This document shows, in pieces, positions 36,296 to 45,321 of a DNA stretch of 64,000 nucleotides (position 1 is its first letter; every line of letters starts with the position of its first letter). Below the pieces are notes generated by a model. That model worked only from the letters and a program-made list of their open reading frames with translations. It searched no databases and was not told where the DNA came from. The DNA lies in contig JANVYR010000001.1 in the NCBI GenBank assembly GCA_030059665.1, forward strand, positions 608,001-672,000, read 5' to 3'. A program made the translations under genes and the position numbers. The DNA comes from Candidatus Calditenuis fumarioli. GTDB taxonomy: Archaea; Thermoproteota; Nitrososphaeria_A; Caldarchaeales; Calditenuaceae.

Positions 36296-36643
36296 TCAGT
36301 GTCCGCATCCGCATGAGCAGCCGCCGTGGCCGTGGGAGTGTTCCTCGTGCGCTCCCAGCCGCCTCACGAGGAAGCCCTCGCCGAAGGGCGTGACGTCGTA
36401 GTCCAGCTCGACCTCGCCGATCCGCTCGGCGGAGAAGCTGTCGATGAAGAACTTCACGCCGTCGACGTTCACCACCCTATCGCCCTCGTACTCCCGGTCC
36501 TCCAGCGCCAACCCGTACTGGGGCCCGCAGCAGCAACCCTCCGTCACGAAGATCCTTATTCCCACCTCACCACCGACCTCTTTCAGAACCTCCCTCATCT
36601 TCTCCAGCGCCCTCTCGGTGACCCTGAGCTTCACGTCCTGCAT
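36296..36643 (-). CDS. IscA/HesB-family Fe-S carrier with His/Cys-rich tail
   Basis: VTERALEK, EGCCCGPQYGLAL, ELDY...EGF and CSCG; start placed at ATG 36643. Confidence 0.88.
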   Translation of the reverse strand: MQDVKLRVTERALEKMREVLKEVGGEVGIRIFVTEGCCCGPQYGLALEDREYEGDRVVNVDGVKFFIDSFSAERIGEVELDYDVTPFGEGFLVRRLGAHEEHSHGHGGCSCGCGH

Positions 36644-36744
36644 CGCGTTCTGTTTCGCATGACCTTTAGAAAAACTTTCACCACCAACAACGGAGGTGCG
36701 GAGCTGACCAAGCACGCCGCGTCAGAAGGTCGGGCTTCGGCGGA

Positions 36745-36984
36745 TCAGGTGGAGGGGCTCATCACGAGCATCGTGAGGGTGGACCTGACCTTCTCCAGCC
36801 GACGGATGTTCCACGAGACGATCTCCTTCAGCTTCTCCATGTTCTCCGCCTCTACCTTGGCCACGATGTCGTAAACGCCGTAAACTGCATACGCCTCCTT
36901 GACCGCGGGCATCGACTGGAGCTGCTTCAGGACCTCCTCCTCCGCACCGATCTCCGTGTTTATCAGGACGAACGCGATCGGCAC
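36745..36984 (-). CDS. stand-alone Lrp/AsnC ligand-binding (RAM) domain protein
   Basis: AFVLINTEIG, VYGVYDIVAKVE and VRSTLT; start placed at GTG 36984. Confidence 0.9.
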   Translation of the reverse strand: MPIAFVLINTEIGAEEEVLKQLQSMPAVKEAYAVYGVYDIVAKVEAENMEKLKEIVSWNIRRLEKVRSTLTMLVMSPST

Positions 36985-37142
36985 GTCACCAGTGATACCG
37001 CGACTTCCTAAAAAGCTTTCATGAGGCGTCGGCGACCTGCCGAAGCCAGCGGCGTTGTCACCGATGGGCCGCTTCCACCCGGACCACCCCGGAGATAGCA
37101 TTATAATGGCAGGCGAATAGGGAGGAAATAGGTGGTTGCGGG

Positions 37143-37343
37143 ATGCCGAAGCACATCCTCGTGACCCTGACGGACGAGCAGTACCGGTGCCTCAGCTACC
37201 TCAAGGGCAAGATGGGGAGCAGCGACGCGGAGGTCCTCCGGAACGTCTTCCTCGCTTGGGTCTGGGAGAAGATGGGAGGTGCAGTCCTCGGCGAGTGCTG
37301 GACCGACGTCAAGAGGATGATCCCTGAGAAGGGCGACCAGTGA
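37143..37343 (+). CDS. small RHH/CopG-like protein
   Basis: KHILVTLTDEQY...SSDAEVLRNV fits a beta-alpha-alpha pattern. Confidence 0.65.
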   Translation: MPKHILVTLTDEQYRCLSYLKGKMGSSDAEVLRNVFLAWVWEKMGGAVLGECWTDVKRMIPEKGDQ

Positions 37344-38802
37344 GCGATACCTGCGGGTCAGGAAACCCGGCGTAGATGGGATCGGGGTTCTTCCAGATCA
37401 GGTACTCCGGCGGGTTGAGGAGCGAGACGAGCGCCTTCGCGGCCCTCTCCGGGTCCAGCTTCCTCGAACCGGATCTCCTCCAGTAGTCTCCCACGGAGCT
37501 CAGGGCATTGAGGGCCCTCCTCCGCTTGCGACGGTTCAGGCTCTCGAACCAACGCCTGAAGAGCTCGCCGTCGAGCAGAATGCGTTCCGTGGCACCTAAC
37601 GACCTCAGCTCCTTGTACGCCCGATCGAGCCTCTCCATTCTCACGTCCGAGGGGCCAGACACCCTCACCATCCCAGCCCGCTCGAAGAACGGGTTGTACT
37701 TCGCCATCACGGCCAGCGTCTCGACGTAGGGTCTCCCCTCCAGCGGCATCGTATGCCTGACCAGCTCAACCGCCACGCCTATCCCCCTGAACTTCGGGTG
37801 GACTATGACACGCGATACCCGGACGAAGTGCTCGTTCAGCCATTTGAGGTAGCTCCGCATCCCGGATCTGATCAGCTCCCGAAGGAACGGCAGAGCTGCG
37901 TTGCGTGCGCGGAGGTTCGGATGCGGATAGGAGTAGACGATCACGCCCGCGAGCTCATCGCCGATCATCGCTCTGTAGACCGCCTTCACATGTCCTGGGT
38001 TCCTTCCACGGTAGTGAAACTCCGAGAGAGCCCTGTAATCTTCCGCTGAGCCCTTTTCTATTTTCAGAGAGCGCAATAAACTGCACCTCTCCGGCCTCGG
38101 CAGATCGTACCTCACCTCAGCGTTGGACCCGAACCGCTTGATCACGAGGACGTCAGGCCCCAAATCCTCGACCAGGTCGTCGTGGGCGGAGGCGGCCACC
38201 AAGGTCATCCCCCTCTTCCTGCACCACCTCTGCGTGAGGAAGGCGAGGACCCTCGCCGTGACGCGGTCGAGGTTCGAGCAGAACTCGTCTACGATCAGCG
38301 TCCTCGGTTTCAGGTCGAGGGCCTTCGCCACCCTGTAGCGGAACTTCTGGCCGTCGCTCAGCTCCCTGTACCTCCTGAGGAAGAGGTAGGCCTCTCCGAG
38401 CCCGACGAAGGACAGCAGCTCTATCGCCTCGGCCACGTCCCTTCCCACGCCCTCGATGACCCGCTCGTTCGGATCCACCTCCACCGAGTCCATGTTCAGC
38501 ACCGGTTTGAACTCCTCGTGCCTCTGCAGCTCCCTCTCGAGGTCTTTCAGGATCAGTGACTTCCCACCTCCGCTCTCGCCAGTGACGTAGACCACGTCGC
38601 CGGGATCCACGTCCAGCACCAGGTCCCGGTAGATCACGTGCTCCCTTCGGCCTATCCCGATCCCGAAAGCCCTGTGGACCTCCAGCACCCTCTTCGAGTA
38701 ACGCGCAGGCGAATCGAAGGTACGGCTCAGCCTGAACGACTTCCTCTCCTCCCTCTCCGGGACGATGACGTAATCCCTCAGCCTCAGCAGCAAGACGCTC
38801 AC
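37309..38802 (-). CDS. ABC-type ATPase fused to GNAT acetyltransferase (COG2401-like)
   Basis: Walker A GESGGGKS, signature LSDGQ, Walker B LIVDEF and GNAT motif A RVIVHPKFRGIGVA. Confidence 0.88.
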   Translation of the reverse strand: MSVLLLRLRDYVIVPEREERKSFRLSRTFDSPARYSKRVLEVHRAFGIGIGRREHVIYRDLVLDVDPGDVVYVTGESGGGKSLILKDLERELQRHEEFKPVLNMDSVEVDPNERVIEGVGRDVAEAIELLSFVGLGEAYLFLRRYRELSDGQKFRYRVAKALDLKPRTLIVDEFCSNLDRVTARVLAFLTQRWCRKRGMTLVAASAHDDLVEDLGPDVLVIKRFGSNAEVRYDLPRPERCSLLRSLKIEKGSAEDYRALSEFHYRGRNPGHVKAVYRAMIGDELAGVIVYSYPHPNLRARNAALPFLRELIRSGMRSYLKWLNEHFVRVSRVIVHPKFRGIGVAVELVRHTMPLEGRPYVETLAVMAKYNPFFERAGMVRVSGPSDVRMERLDRAYKELRSLGATERILLDGELFRRWFESLNRRKRRRALNALSSVGDYWRRSGSRKLDPERAAKALVSLLNPPEYLIWKNPDPIYAGFPDPQVSLTGRPSQGSSS

Positions 38803-40121
38803 CCGATCGCCGCAGCGAAGCTCCCGGTGGAGTCGACGGTGGAGGCGTAGCAGGCCAAGGCAAGGGCCCTGGCGAGGTCGTCACGCGTGCCGTGGGGGTG
38901 ATGGAAGACGAGCCGGCCCCTCCTCGTCCTCTCGAACTTCACCGCCTGCAGCGAGGAGATCAGGGCGTCATCGAGGTAGATCCTGAGCCTGCCGCCCTCC
39001 ATCAACACCTTCGTGGCGATCATGGCCCTCTCCACCTCATCGGGCCCCACGCCTATGACCCGTATCCCGTACGACTCCAGCTGCTCCCTGATCGGTATCC
39101 CCGCTCCTATCTCCTCCAGGGCTAGGTCGAAACCCATCTGCCGGTAGAGGTTCACGACCCTGCCGACGGAGTAGGTGTAGCTCTCGCTCATCCAGAGCTC
39201 GGTGTGGACGAGCCTCAGTGTTCCGCCGTCAGCCTCAACGACCGCCAGCGCGTTCGGGTCAGCCCTCCCTCCCCAGTCGAACCCAGCGTAGAGCCTCCCG
39301 CGGCCGACCTCGCCGGGCTGATAGTCCTCGATGCAGGACCTGATCAGCTCGGATGGGAAGAAGCTGCTGGCGTCGTCGACGAACTCCGCGAGCATCTCCC
39401 TCCTGAAGGCCTCCTCGCCCATCAGCCTCCTCTGCTCCTCGATGAAGGACGGTCTGATCAGAGGACATGCGGTCGCGGGCCACCTCTTCACGCTCCACCC
39501 GGGATCGGTGAAGCACCGGTAGAAGACGTGGTTTCTGTCCCAAGGTGTGCTCACCATCCAGAAGTGGCCGTCGGTGGTTGCGATCTGGGGCATCAGGACG
39601 TCGGTTATCACCGGCTCCGGAACGAACGCCGCCTCGTCGACGATCACGAGGTCCGCGGTGAGGCCCCTGATGGTGCTACCCAGCGTCCCCGACGGAAGCG
39701 CTACTATCCGGCTGCCGTTCCTGAAGGAGATCTCGCTCCTCCTCTTCGCACGCAAGAGCTTCAGGCAGGTTTCGGAGCCCCTGACGAACTCCGAGATCTT
39801 CTCCAGGAGGTTAAGGCTCTGTCTCAGCGTCGGCGCCACCAGCAGCACCCTCGCCCCTTTCCTCGAGAGGGCCAGGTGGAGCGCCTTCACGGCGACCGTC
39901 GTCGACTTCCCGGTCTGCCTGGCGGCGCACACGCAGATCCTCTTGCTCGGATCCGATAGCAGCTCCTCCTGGTAGGCGAAGGGCCTCCAGTTCAGGACCG
40001 AGACTGCGAACTCCACCGCGTCCTCCGGTACCCTAGTCGCCGCGGCCTCCCTCTCCCTTCTCAGCTCGACGAGCCTCCGGTAGAGCGCCTGACCTCCCCG
40101 AAGAGGGACCGAACCCCTCAA
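38799..40121 (-). CDS. terminase large subunit-like protein
   Basis: ARQTGKST, TIRGLTADLVIVDEAAF, VSTP, nuclease motifs GFDWG and DDLARA. Confidence 0.88.
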   Translation of the reverse strand: MRGSVPLRGGQALYRRLVELRREREAAATRVPEDAVEFAVSVLNWRPFAYQEELLSDPSKRICVCAARQTGKSTTVAVKALHLALSRKGARVLLVAPTLRQSLNLLEKISEFVRGSETCLKLLRAKRRSEISFRNGSRIVALPSGTLGSTIRGLTADLVIVDEAAFVPEPVITDVLMPQIATTDGHFWMVSTPWDRNHVFYRCFTDPGWSVKRWPATACPLIRPSFIEEQRRLMGEEAFRREMLAEFVDDASSFFPSELIRSCIEDYQPGEVGRGRLYAGFDWGGRADPNALAVVEADGGTLRLVHTELWMSESYTYSVGRVVNLYRQMGFDLALEEIGAGIPIREQLESYGIRVIGVGPDEVERAMIATKVLMEGGRLRIYLDDALISSLQAVKFERTRRGRLVFHHPHGTRDDLARALALACYASTVDSTGSFAAAIG

Positions 40122-40456
40122 GATCCCTCACCGCCCTTCGCCAGCTCCTCCGCGAGCGCCCTGAGCTCGGCCACCTCCCTCTCCCGCCTGATCCGGCTGA
40201 GGAGCTCCAGTCCCTTGAGCGATATGCCGAGGTAGGCCTGGGAGGCCCTCTGGTCGTTGCGACGCCTCGCCTCGAGCGACTGCTGGTAAGCGTCCCTCAC
40301 CACCTTCCAGACCTCCTCCTCCAGCTCGTCCCACTCCTCCCCGGAAGCGGTCCTCTCGGCCCTCCTCTGGAGCCTCCTCAGACCCTCGCTTACCCTGAGG
40401 ATCCTCCGCTCGAGGCGCCTCACGCCTTCCATCCCATCAGATTTCGTAGACCTCAC
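40118..40456 (-). CDS. hypothetical helical protein (possible terminase small subunit)
   Basis: Overlaps the terminase start by 4 nt; predicted helical. Function inferred from position only. Confidence 0.55.
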   Translation of the reverse strand: MRSTKSDGMEGVRRLERRILRVSEGLRRLQRRAERTASGEEWDELEEEVWKVVRDAYQQSLEARRRNDQRASQAYLGISLKGLELLSRIRREREVAELRALAEELAKGGEGS

Positions 40457-40787
40457 CCCCGAACCACCGCTGGATCTGGGCGTAGTTCCTCACCTCCTTC
40501 TTCGGAACGTTCATCACGCCGCGCTCTATCGAGTCGATGAGGACAAGGGGGATGTACGTGATGTCGCTGTTCTCCGGCTTCCGTTCGACCACCAGCCTCA
40601 GGTAGACGAGTCTCTCGCCTCTGACGAGTCCGCCGTATGCTCCCATCGAGACGATCGGGCTGTCCACCTTCTTCGGGTTCCTCATGTTGTTCGGAACGTC
40701 CCTCCAGGTGCAGGCATCATACCACCTGACCATTATCAGCTCCCCTTCTCTCAGAGAGCTCAGGACCTGTCTCAGCTTCCTGCGCAT
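40437..40787 (-). CDS. hypothetical protein
   Basis: Coupled to the downstream ORF; contains VRWYDAC...SMG...IP as seen in small viral proteins. Confidence 0.6.
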   Translation of the reverse strand: MRRKLRQVLSSLREGELIMVRWYDACTWRDVPNNMRNPKKVDSPIVSMGAYGGLVRGERLVYLRLVVERKPENSDITYIPLVLIDSIERGVMNVPKKEVRNYAQIQRWFGGEVYEI

Positions 40788-40915
40788 CGTCTACAGTCAA
40801 AGCACACGATAGAATTACAGTGTTGCGATTCTTGCAGGGAGTGATGCCTCAATTGATGACACATTTCTGCCTTTAATGCGAGAGCAGATACGGCTGCGCC
40901 TCCGATGATCGGGCG

Positions 40916-41248
40916 ATGTACGGCTCGGTTGAGGAGGTGAAGGTCCGTTTGGGGATGGACGTGAACGACCCGACCCACGACAGGACGATCGTCTCCTTCA
41001 TAGAGGAAGCTGACGCCCTGATCGATGCGGTGCTTGAGGCCAACGGGATAAGGACGCCGCTCGAGGATCCGCCGGGGAGGGTGAGGAAGCTCTCCTCGAC
41101 GATAGCGTCGCTCCTCTTTGTGGCCTGGAGGTCTCAGCGGAGGGACGACGTGGTCACCTACCTGAGATCGGTCAGGGAGGAGCTGAGGGCATTCGCGGAG
41201 GACCTCAGGTCGAGGGCGGGCATAGAGCTGACGGGTGAGACGGATTGA
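40916..41248 (+). CDS. head-tail connector-like protein (gp6/gp36/DUF1320-like)
   Basis: MYGSVEEVKVRL...IEEADALIDAVL pattern, 110 aa. Confidence 0.65.
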   Translation: MYGSVEEVKVRLGMDVNDPTHDRTIVSFIEEADALIDAVLEANGIRTPLEDPPGRVRKLSSTIASLLFVAWRSQRRDDVVTYLRSVREELRAFAEDLRSRAGIELTGETD

Positions 41249-41469
41249 GGCGCGAGGGCAAGCTCACCGTCAGGCGTTCCGGAAGGGTGACCTCGATCAG
41301 GATAGACGTGGAGGACTGGCTAGGGCTGCTGGCTCTGCTGCTGGCCGCCTCCTTCGTCGCTCTGCTCCTGTCGGGGAGGACGCTGGAGGCCACCCTCGTC
41401 GGGACCTTCGGCGGCGGCCTCTCGCTGGGCGAGATGGTCAGGAGGGCCAGGAGGTCTGGAAGGGGATGA
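41245..41469 (+). CDS. small two-helix membrane protein
   Basis: Hydrophobic WLGLLALLLAASFVALLL and LVGTFGGGLSLG segments. Confidence 0.6.
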   Translation: MRREGKLTVRRSGRVTSIRIDVEDWLGLLALLLAASFVALLLSGRTLEATLVGTFGGGLSLGEMVRRARRSGRG

Positions 41470-41669
41470 GGTGCAGGAGCGTGTGCGAGGGGATCGAGGG
41501 CTCCTCGAGGCGTGCGAGGTACAGGCTCGGTTATTACTGGTGCAGCGAGTGCTCTATCGCGCTCCACAGGAGCTCCTGCGAGCTCAGGAACGGTGCGGTC
41601 GTCTGCCCGTGCTGCGGCAACCGGGTCAGAACCACCCCGAGGACCAGGCGAGGGTGGAAAGCATGGTGA
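41466..41669 (+). CDS. small Cys-rich zinc-finger protein
   Basis: WCSEC...VCPCCGNRVRTTPR; start placed at ATG 41466. Confidence 0.75.
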   Translation: MRCRSVCEGIEGSSRRARYRLGYYWCSECSIALHRSSCELRNGAVVCPCCGNRVRTTPRTRRGWKAW

Positions 41670-41947
41670 CCGTCTCGCTCGAGCTGGCATCGTCGCTTTA
41701 CGGAGCGCTCTACGCGTCCGTCTTCGCCGGCGCCGGCTACCTCAAGTCGAGGAAAAGGGAGGAATTCTCGCTGAGGAAATTCCTCGAGACCGTACTGTTG
41801 GGAGCGCTGATAGGCGCGATGGCCGGAGGCGCGGGCCTCGACGTCAAGGACATGGACCTTCTGGATCTCTTCGCGGTGGGAGGCGCGTCCACGCTGACCC
41901 GTGACCTCCTGAAGTCCGTTCTCGCGTCGGCAGGTGGGCGGAGATGA
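41663..41947 (+). CDS. small membrane protein (holin-like)
   Basis: Hydrophobic helices around EEFSLRKFLETVLLGALIG; start placed at ATG 41663. Confidence 0.6.
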   Translation: MVTVSLELASSLYGALYASVFAGAGYLKSRKREEFSLRKFLETVLLGALIGAMAGGAGLDVKDMDLLDLFAVGGASTLTRDLLKSVLASAGGRR

Positions 41948-42522
41948 GGGGAGCGGCGGTCCTTTTCCTCTCGGTCCTCGCGGTCACGGCCTTCCTCCTC
42001 GCCTTCACGCTCGCGGTCCCCGAGGTGACCCTCACCGCAACGCCTCCCTCCAGATACGTCAGCGTCCCAGGTCTGGGAGAAATTCCGGCCGAGGTTGGGG
42101 AGCAGAGGGTGACACTGAGGTTCAGGGCACCGGAGTCGGTGCTGGCCTTTGGGGTTGCGGTTGCGCTCACGATGGGCGCCGCTTACGCAGCGTACTCCGA
42201 GAGGGACCTGCTGTTGAGGAAGGCCATCGCCACGGCAGGCATCCTGTACGGACTCGGGATCGGCCTGCTCGCGCACTCCAGAAAGGACTTCAGGGTCGCG
42301 GCTCCAGTCTTGCTGCCGGTGGGCTTCGCGGTTCTCGGCCTCTCGGTCGCCCTGAGGTGGATGCTCAGCCGGCGAGTCAGGACGGCTCCTCGACGGAGAC
42401 GCGCACAGTCATCGAGAGGACCACGGCCCTCTTCCCCTGGTCGGCGAGGTCTAGCCTCCTCAGCTCCACGGGGGAGGCGTCCACGAAGGCGTCCCTTATC
42501 CCCAGCGTGGGGTCGTCCCTGA
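41944..42522 (+). CDS. multi-pass membrane protein
   Basis: About four hydrophobic segments. The 3' 146 bp overlap the opposite-strand ORF, so the C-terminus is uncertain. Confidence 0.55.
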   Translation: MRGAAVLFLSVLAVTAFLLAFTLAVPEVTLTATPPSRYVSVPGLGEIPAEVGEQRVTLRFRAPESVLAFGVAVALTMGAAYAAYSERDLLLRKAIATAGILYGLGIGLLAHSRKDFRVAAPVLLPVGFAVLGLSVALRWMLSRRVRTAPRRRRAQSSRGPRPSSPGRRGLASSAPRGRRPRRRPLSPAWGRP

Positions 42523-42820
42523 TCATCCGGTACGCCCTCAGCGCTGCCTTCAACACCTTCCCGTACTGCTCCAGGTGGTCCGCACCGACGCCCTCGAAGA
42601 CGAGCTCGTACTCGTGGACCGATCTGGTCGCGGTCCCTCCGATCGACCTCCTCGAGACCTCAACGGCCCTGAGGAGAACGTAAGCCCTCGGAAAAACTGG
42701 GACGGAGCTCGACCTCAAAACGGCCGCGATCAGACCCTCCTCCCTCAGCCTCTCCAGCAGCGAGTTCAGCGCGCCCTCAACCTCCTCGACCATCATGGGC
42801 GACGTCACCTCTCCCTCCAC
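42377..42820 (-). CDS. tail-terminator-like protein
   Basis: Alpha/beta pattern with IRDDPTLG, reminiscent of phage tail-completion proteins. Confidence 0.45.
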   Translation of the reverse strand: MEGEVTSPMMVEEVEGALNSLLERLREEGLIAAVLRSSSVPVFPRAYVLLRAVEVSRRSIGGTATRSVHEYELVFEGVGADHLEQYGKVLKAALRAYRMIRDDPTLGIRDAFVDASPVELRRLDLADQGKRAVVLSMTVRVSVEEPS

Positions 42821-42975
42821 CTCGAGAGGTGGCTCTCACGCGAGATCATGTCCCTGACGGCCATCCGTATGGCCTCGGAGACGCTGACGTAGAGGCCGGA
42901 GCGGACCAGCTCCTCGAGCGATTCGAGGTACGGTTCCGGTAGCCTGATGGTGAGGGCACGGAGACGGCCGCTCAT
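42805..42975 (-). CDS. ribbon-helix-helix protein
   Basis: LTIRLPEPYLESLEELVRSGLYVSVSEAIRMAVRD; start placed at ATG 42975. Confidence 0.85.
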   Translation of the reverse strand: MSGRLRALTIRLPEPYLESLEELVRSGLYVSVSEAIRMAVRDMISRESHLSRWRER

Positions 42976-43118
42976 CGTCCGGCCCTCGTTCGCGGAGCCG
43001 TATAAGCGGAGAGGCCAGGGGTTAGGTGAAGCTGAAAGTGGAAACCGCGCCGTTGAGCCCAGGCCCGTCACGTTCCGGGCAAGGTAGATAACAACGTCGT
43101 CGCCCTGAGCGTCGAGGG

Positions 43119-44054
43119 TTGTCCGGGACGAGGCACTTCCTAGAGGTGTACGACCTGAGCAGGGAGGAGTTCTTGGAGGTGATCAGGACAGCACATCGCT
43201 TCAAGCGCTTCGGCTACCCGTCGGACTCCCTGAAGGGAAGGTTCATCGCGCTCCTCTTCGAGAAGCCCTCCACCAGGACCAGGGTATCCTTCACATCAGC
43301 GATCTCGAGGCTCGGAGGCGTCTTCGATTACCTGTCGTCGAGCGAGCTCCAGCTTGCCCGCGGCGAACCTGTGTACGACGTCGGCCGGGTCCTCTCACGC
43401 TACGTCCACGGCCTCGTCTGCAGGGTGAGGAGGCACACGGATCTGGTCGAGCTGGCCGAGAACTCGCGCGTCCCGGTGGTCAACGCGCTCTCCGACCGGC
43501 ACCATCCGTGTCAGGCTCTGGCCGACATGCTAACGGTTTACGAGCTGAAGGGGAGGTTCGAGGGCGTGAAGGTGGCCTTCGTCGGCGACGGGAACAACGT
43601 GGCCACCTCGCTGATGCAGGCGTGCGTTTTGGCCGGTGCGGACTTCTCCATCGCCTCACCCGTGGGATACTGGGTGCCGGAGGAGGAGAGGCGGAAGGCC
43701 GAGAGGGTAGCAGCTGAGACCGGTGCCAAGCTCACGTTCACCGATGACCCGGTTGAGGCGGTGAGGGGCGCTGACTTCGTCTACACCGACGTCTTCGTCT
43801 CGATGGGCTTCGAGGCCGAGGCGCAGGAGAGGCTGAGGGCCTTCATCCCCAGGTACAGGGTGACCGAGGAGCTGATGTCCAAGGCGTCGCCCGATGCGAG
43901 GTTCATGCACTGCATGCCTGTGAAGAGGGGGGAGGAGGTGGAGGCGTCCGTTGCTGATGGCCCGAGATCGGTGATGTACGATCAGGCCGAGAACAGGATG
44001 CATACCGAGGCGGCCCTCCTCCACCTGATCTACTCCGTTTGGCGGTGGATCTGA
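43119..44054 (+). CDS. argF: ornithine carbamoyltransferase
   Basis: FEKPSTRTR, HPCQALAD, GDGNNV, YTDVFVSMG and HCMP motifs. Confidence 0.95.
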   Translation: MSGTRHFLEVYDLSREEFLEVIRTAHRFKRFGYPSDSLKGRFIALLFEKPSTRTRVSFTSAISRLGGVFDYLSSSELQLARGEPVYDVGRVLSRYVHGLVCRVRRHTDLVELAENSRVPVVNALSDRHHPCQALADMLTVYELKGRFEGVKVAFVGDGNNVATSLMQACVLAGADFSIASPVGYWVPEEERRKAERVAAETGAKLTFTDDPVEAVRGADFVYTDVFVSMGFEAEAQERLRAFIPRYRVTEELMSKASPDARFMHCMPVKRGEEVEASVADGPRSVMYDQAENRMHTEAALLHLIYSVWRWI

Positions 44055-45259
44055 AGTCCCGGAATCGATTTTTAGCTGGGCGCAACCCCATCATCCACGT
44101 GGCTGAAGAGGCCTTCACCACGACCGTAGTGGGCAGCTGGCCGAGGCCCTCATGGCTGCTACAGGAGCTCCGCCGGAAGAACAGGGGCGAGATCAGCTAC
44201 GAGCGGTTCAGCGAGGTCGCCGACGAGGCGGTATTGCTGGCGGTGAAGTACCAGGAGGACGCGGGGATCGAGGTCGTGACCGACGGAGAGCAGCGGAGGG
44301 ACAACTTCTACTCCTTCGTCGCAGACAAGCTCGAGGGGATCAGGCTGATGTCGGTTGCTGAGCTGATGGATTACGTTCAGGACCGGCAGAGGTTCGAGGA
44401 GATGCTGAGCAGGCTCGACGTCCCGGCGTTCGCCATAAAGAGCCCGGTCGTCGTGGGACCGATCCGGAAAAGGAGGCCGATAGCGCTCGATGAGCTGCAG
44501 TTCCTGAGGGAACACACCAAGAGGAGGATCAAGGTGCCCTTGCCGGGACCTTACATGCTGACCAGGGCCAGCTGGGTGGAGCCGCTCTCGAGGGAGGCGT
44601 ACTGGAGCAGGGAGGACCTCGCGATGGAGTACGTCAGGCTGCTGAGGGAAGAGATCGTAGCGCTGGCCGAGGCTGGAGCGCACTTCGTCCAGCTCGACGA
44701 GCCGACGCTGACAGAGGTCGTCTACGGTGGCGTCAGCCAGCAGACCTTCATGTGCGCAGCGATCATGGCGAAGACCGATCCCAAGGAGGAGCTCGAGTTC
44801 GCGACGGAGCTGATCAACAAGACCGTGAGGGGCATCACGGGCGTCAAGATCGGGGTTCACGTCTGCAGAGGGAACTGGACGAGGTCAGAGGGTTCGCTGC
44901 TGAGGGGGGACTACAAGCCCCTCATCCCCTACTTCCAGGAGATGAAGGTGGACCAGTTCGTGCTCGAGTTCGCAACCGAGAGGGCCGGAAGCCTCAGCGT
45001 CTTCGAGGGGGCATCGGGCATAAGGGAGCTGGGACTCGGCGTCGTTAACCCGAGGACCGAGGAGGTCGAGAGCGTCGACTCCATCGTGGCGAGGGCACGT
45101 GAGGCCCTCAGGTACTTCGATCCCGACAAGATCTACCTGAACCCCGACTGCGGCTTCGGAACCTTCGCCGAGTCGCCGGTGAACATGGCTCCGGTGGCGT
45201 ACAGGAAGCTGAGATCGATGGTCCTCGCAGCCGAGGTCCTGAGGAAGGAGTACAGTTGA
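44039..45259 (+). CDS. cobalamin-independent methionine synthase II family (MetE C-terminal-like) protein
   Basis: VVGSWPRP, TDGEQRR, VQLDEP, and zinc ligands HVCRGN and NPDCG. Confidence 0.88.
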   Translation: MAVDLKSRNRFLAGRNPIIHVAEEAFTTTVVGSWPRPSWLLQELRRKNRGEISYERFSEVADEAVLLAVKYQEDAGIEVVTDGEQRRDNFYSFVADKLEGIRLMSVAELMDYVQDRQRFEEMLSRLDVPAFAIKSPVVVGPIRKRRPIALDELQFLREHTKRRIKVPLPGPYMLTRASWVEPLSREAYWSREDLAMEYVRLLREEIVALAEAGAHFVQLDEPTLTEVVYGGVSQQTFMCAAIMAKTDPKEELEFATELINKTVRGITGVKIGVHVCRGNWTRSEGSLLRGDYKPLIPYFQEMKVDQFVLEFATERAGSLSVFEGASGIRELGLGVVNPRTEEVESVDSIVARAREALRYFDPDKIYLNPDCGFGTFAESPVNMAPVAYRKLRSMVLAAEVLRKEYS

Positions 45260-45321
45260 CGGTGAAGACGGAGTCGACGTCGTCGACCAACGCTTAAGGT
45301 CCTCAACTCCCATCCCGACTC

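Larger units (their letters stand above)
37143..42975. mobile_element. degenerate tailed-virus-like gene module (no capsid, portal or integrase seen)
   Basis: Terminase large subunit, connector-like and tail-terminator-like ORFs, small membrane ORFs and an ATPase-GNAT fusion, bracketed by RHH genes between housekeeping genes. Confidence 0.55.
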
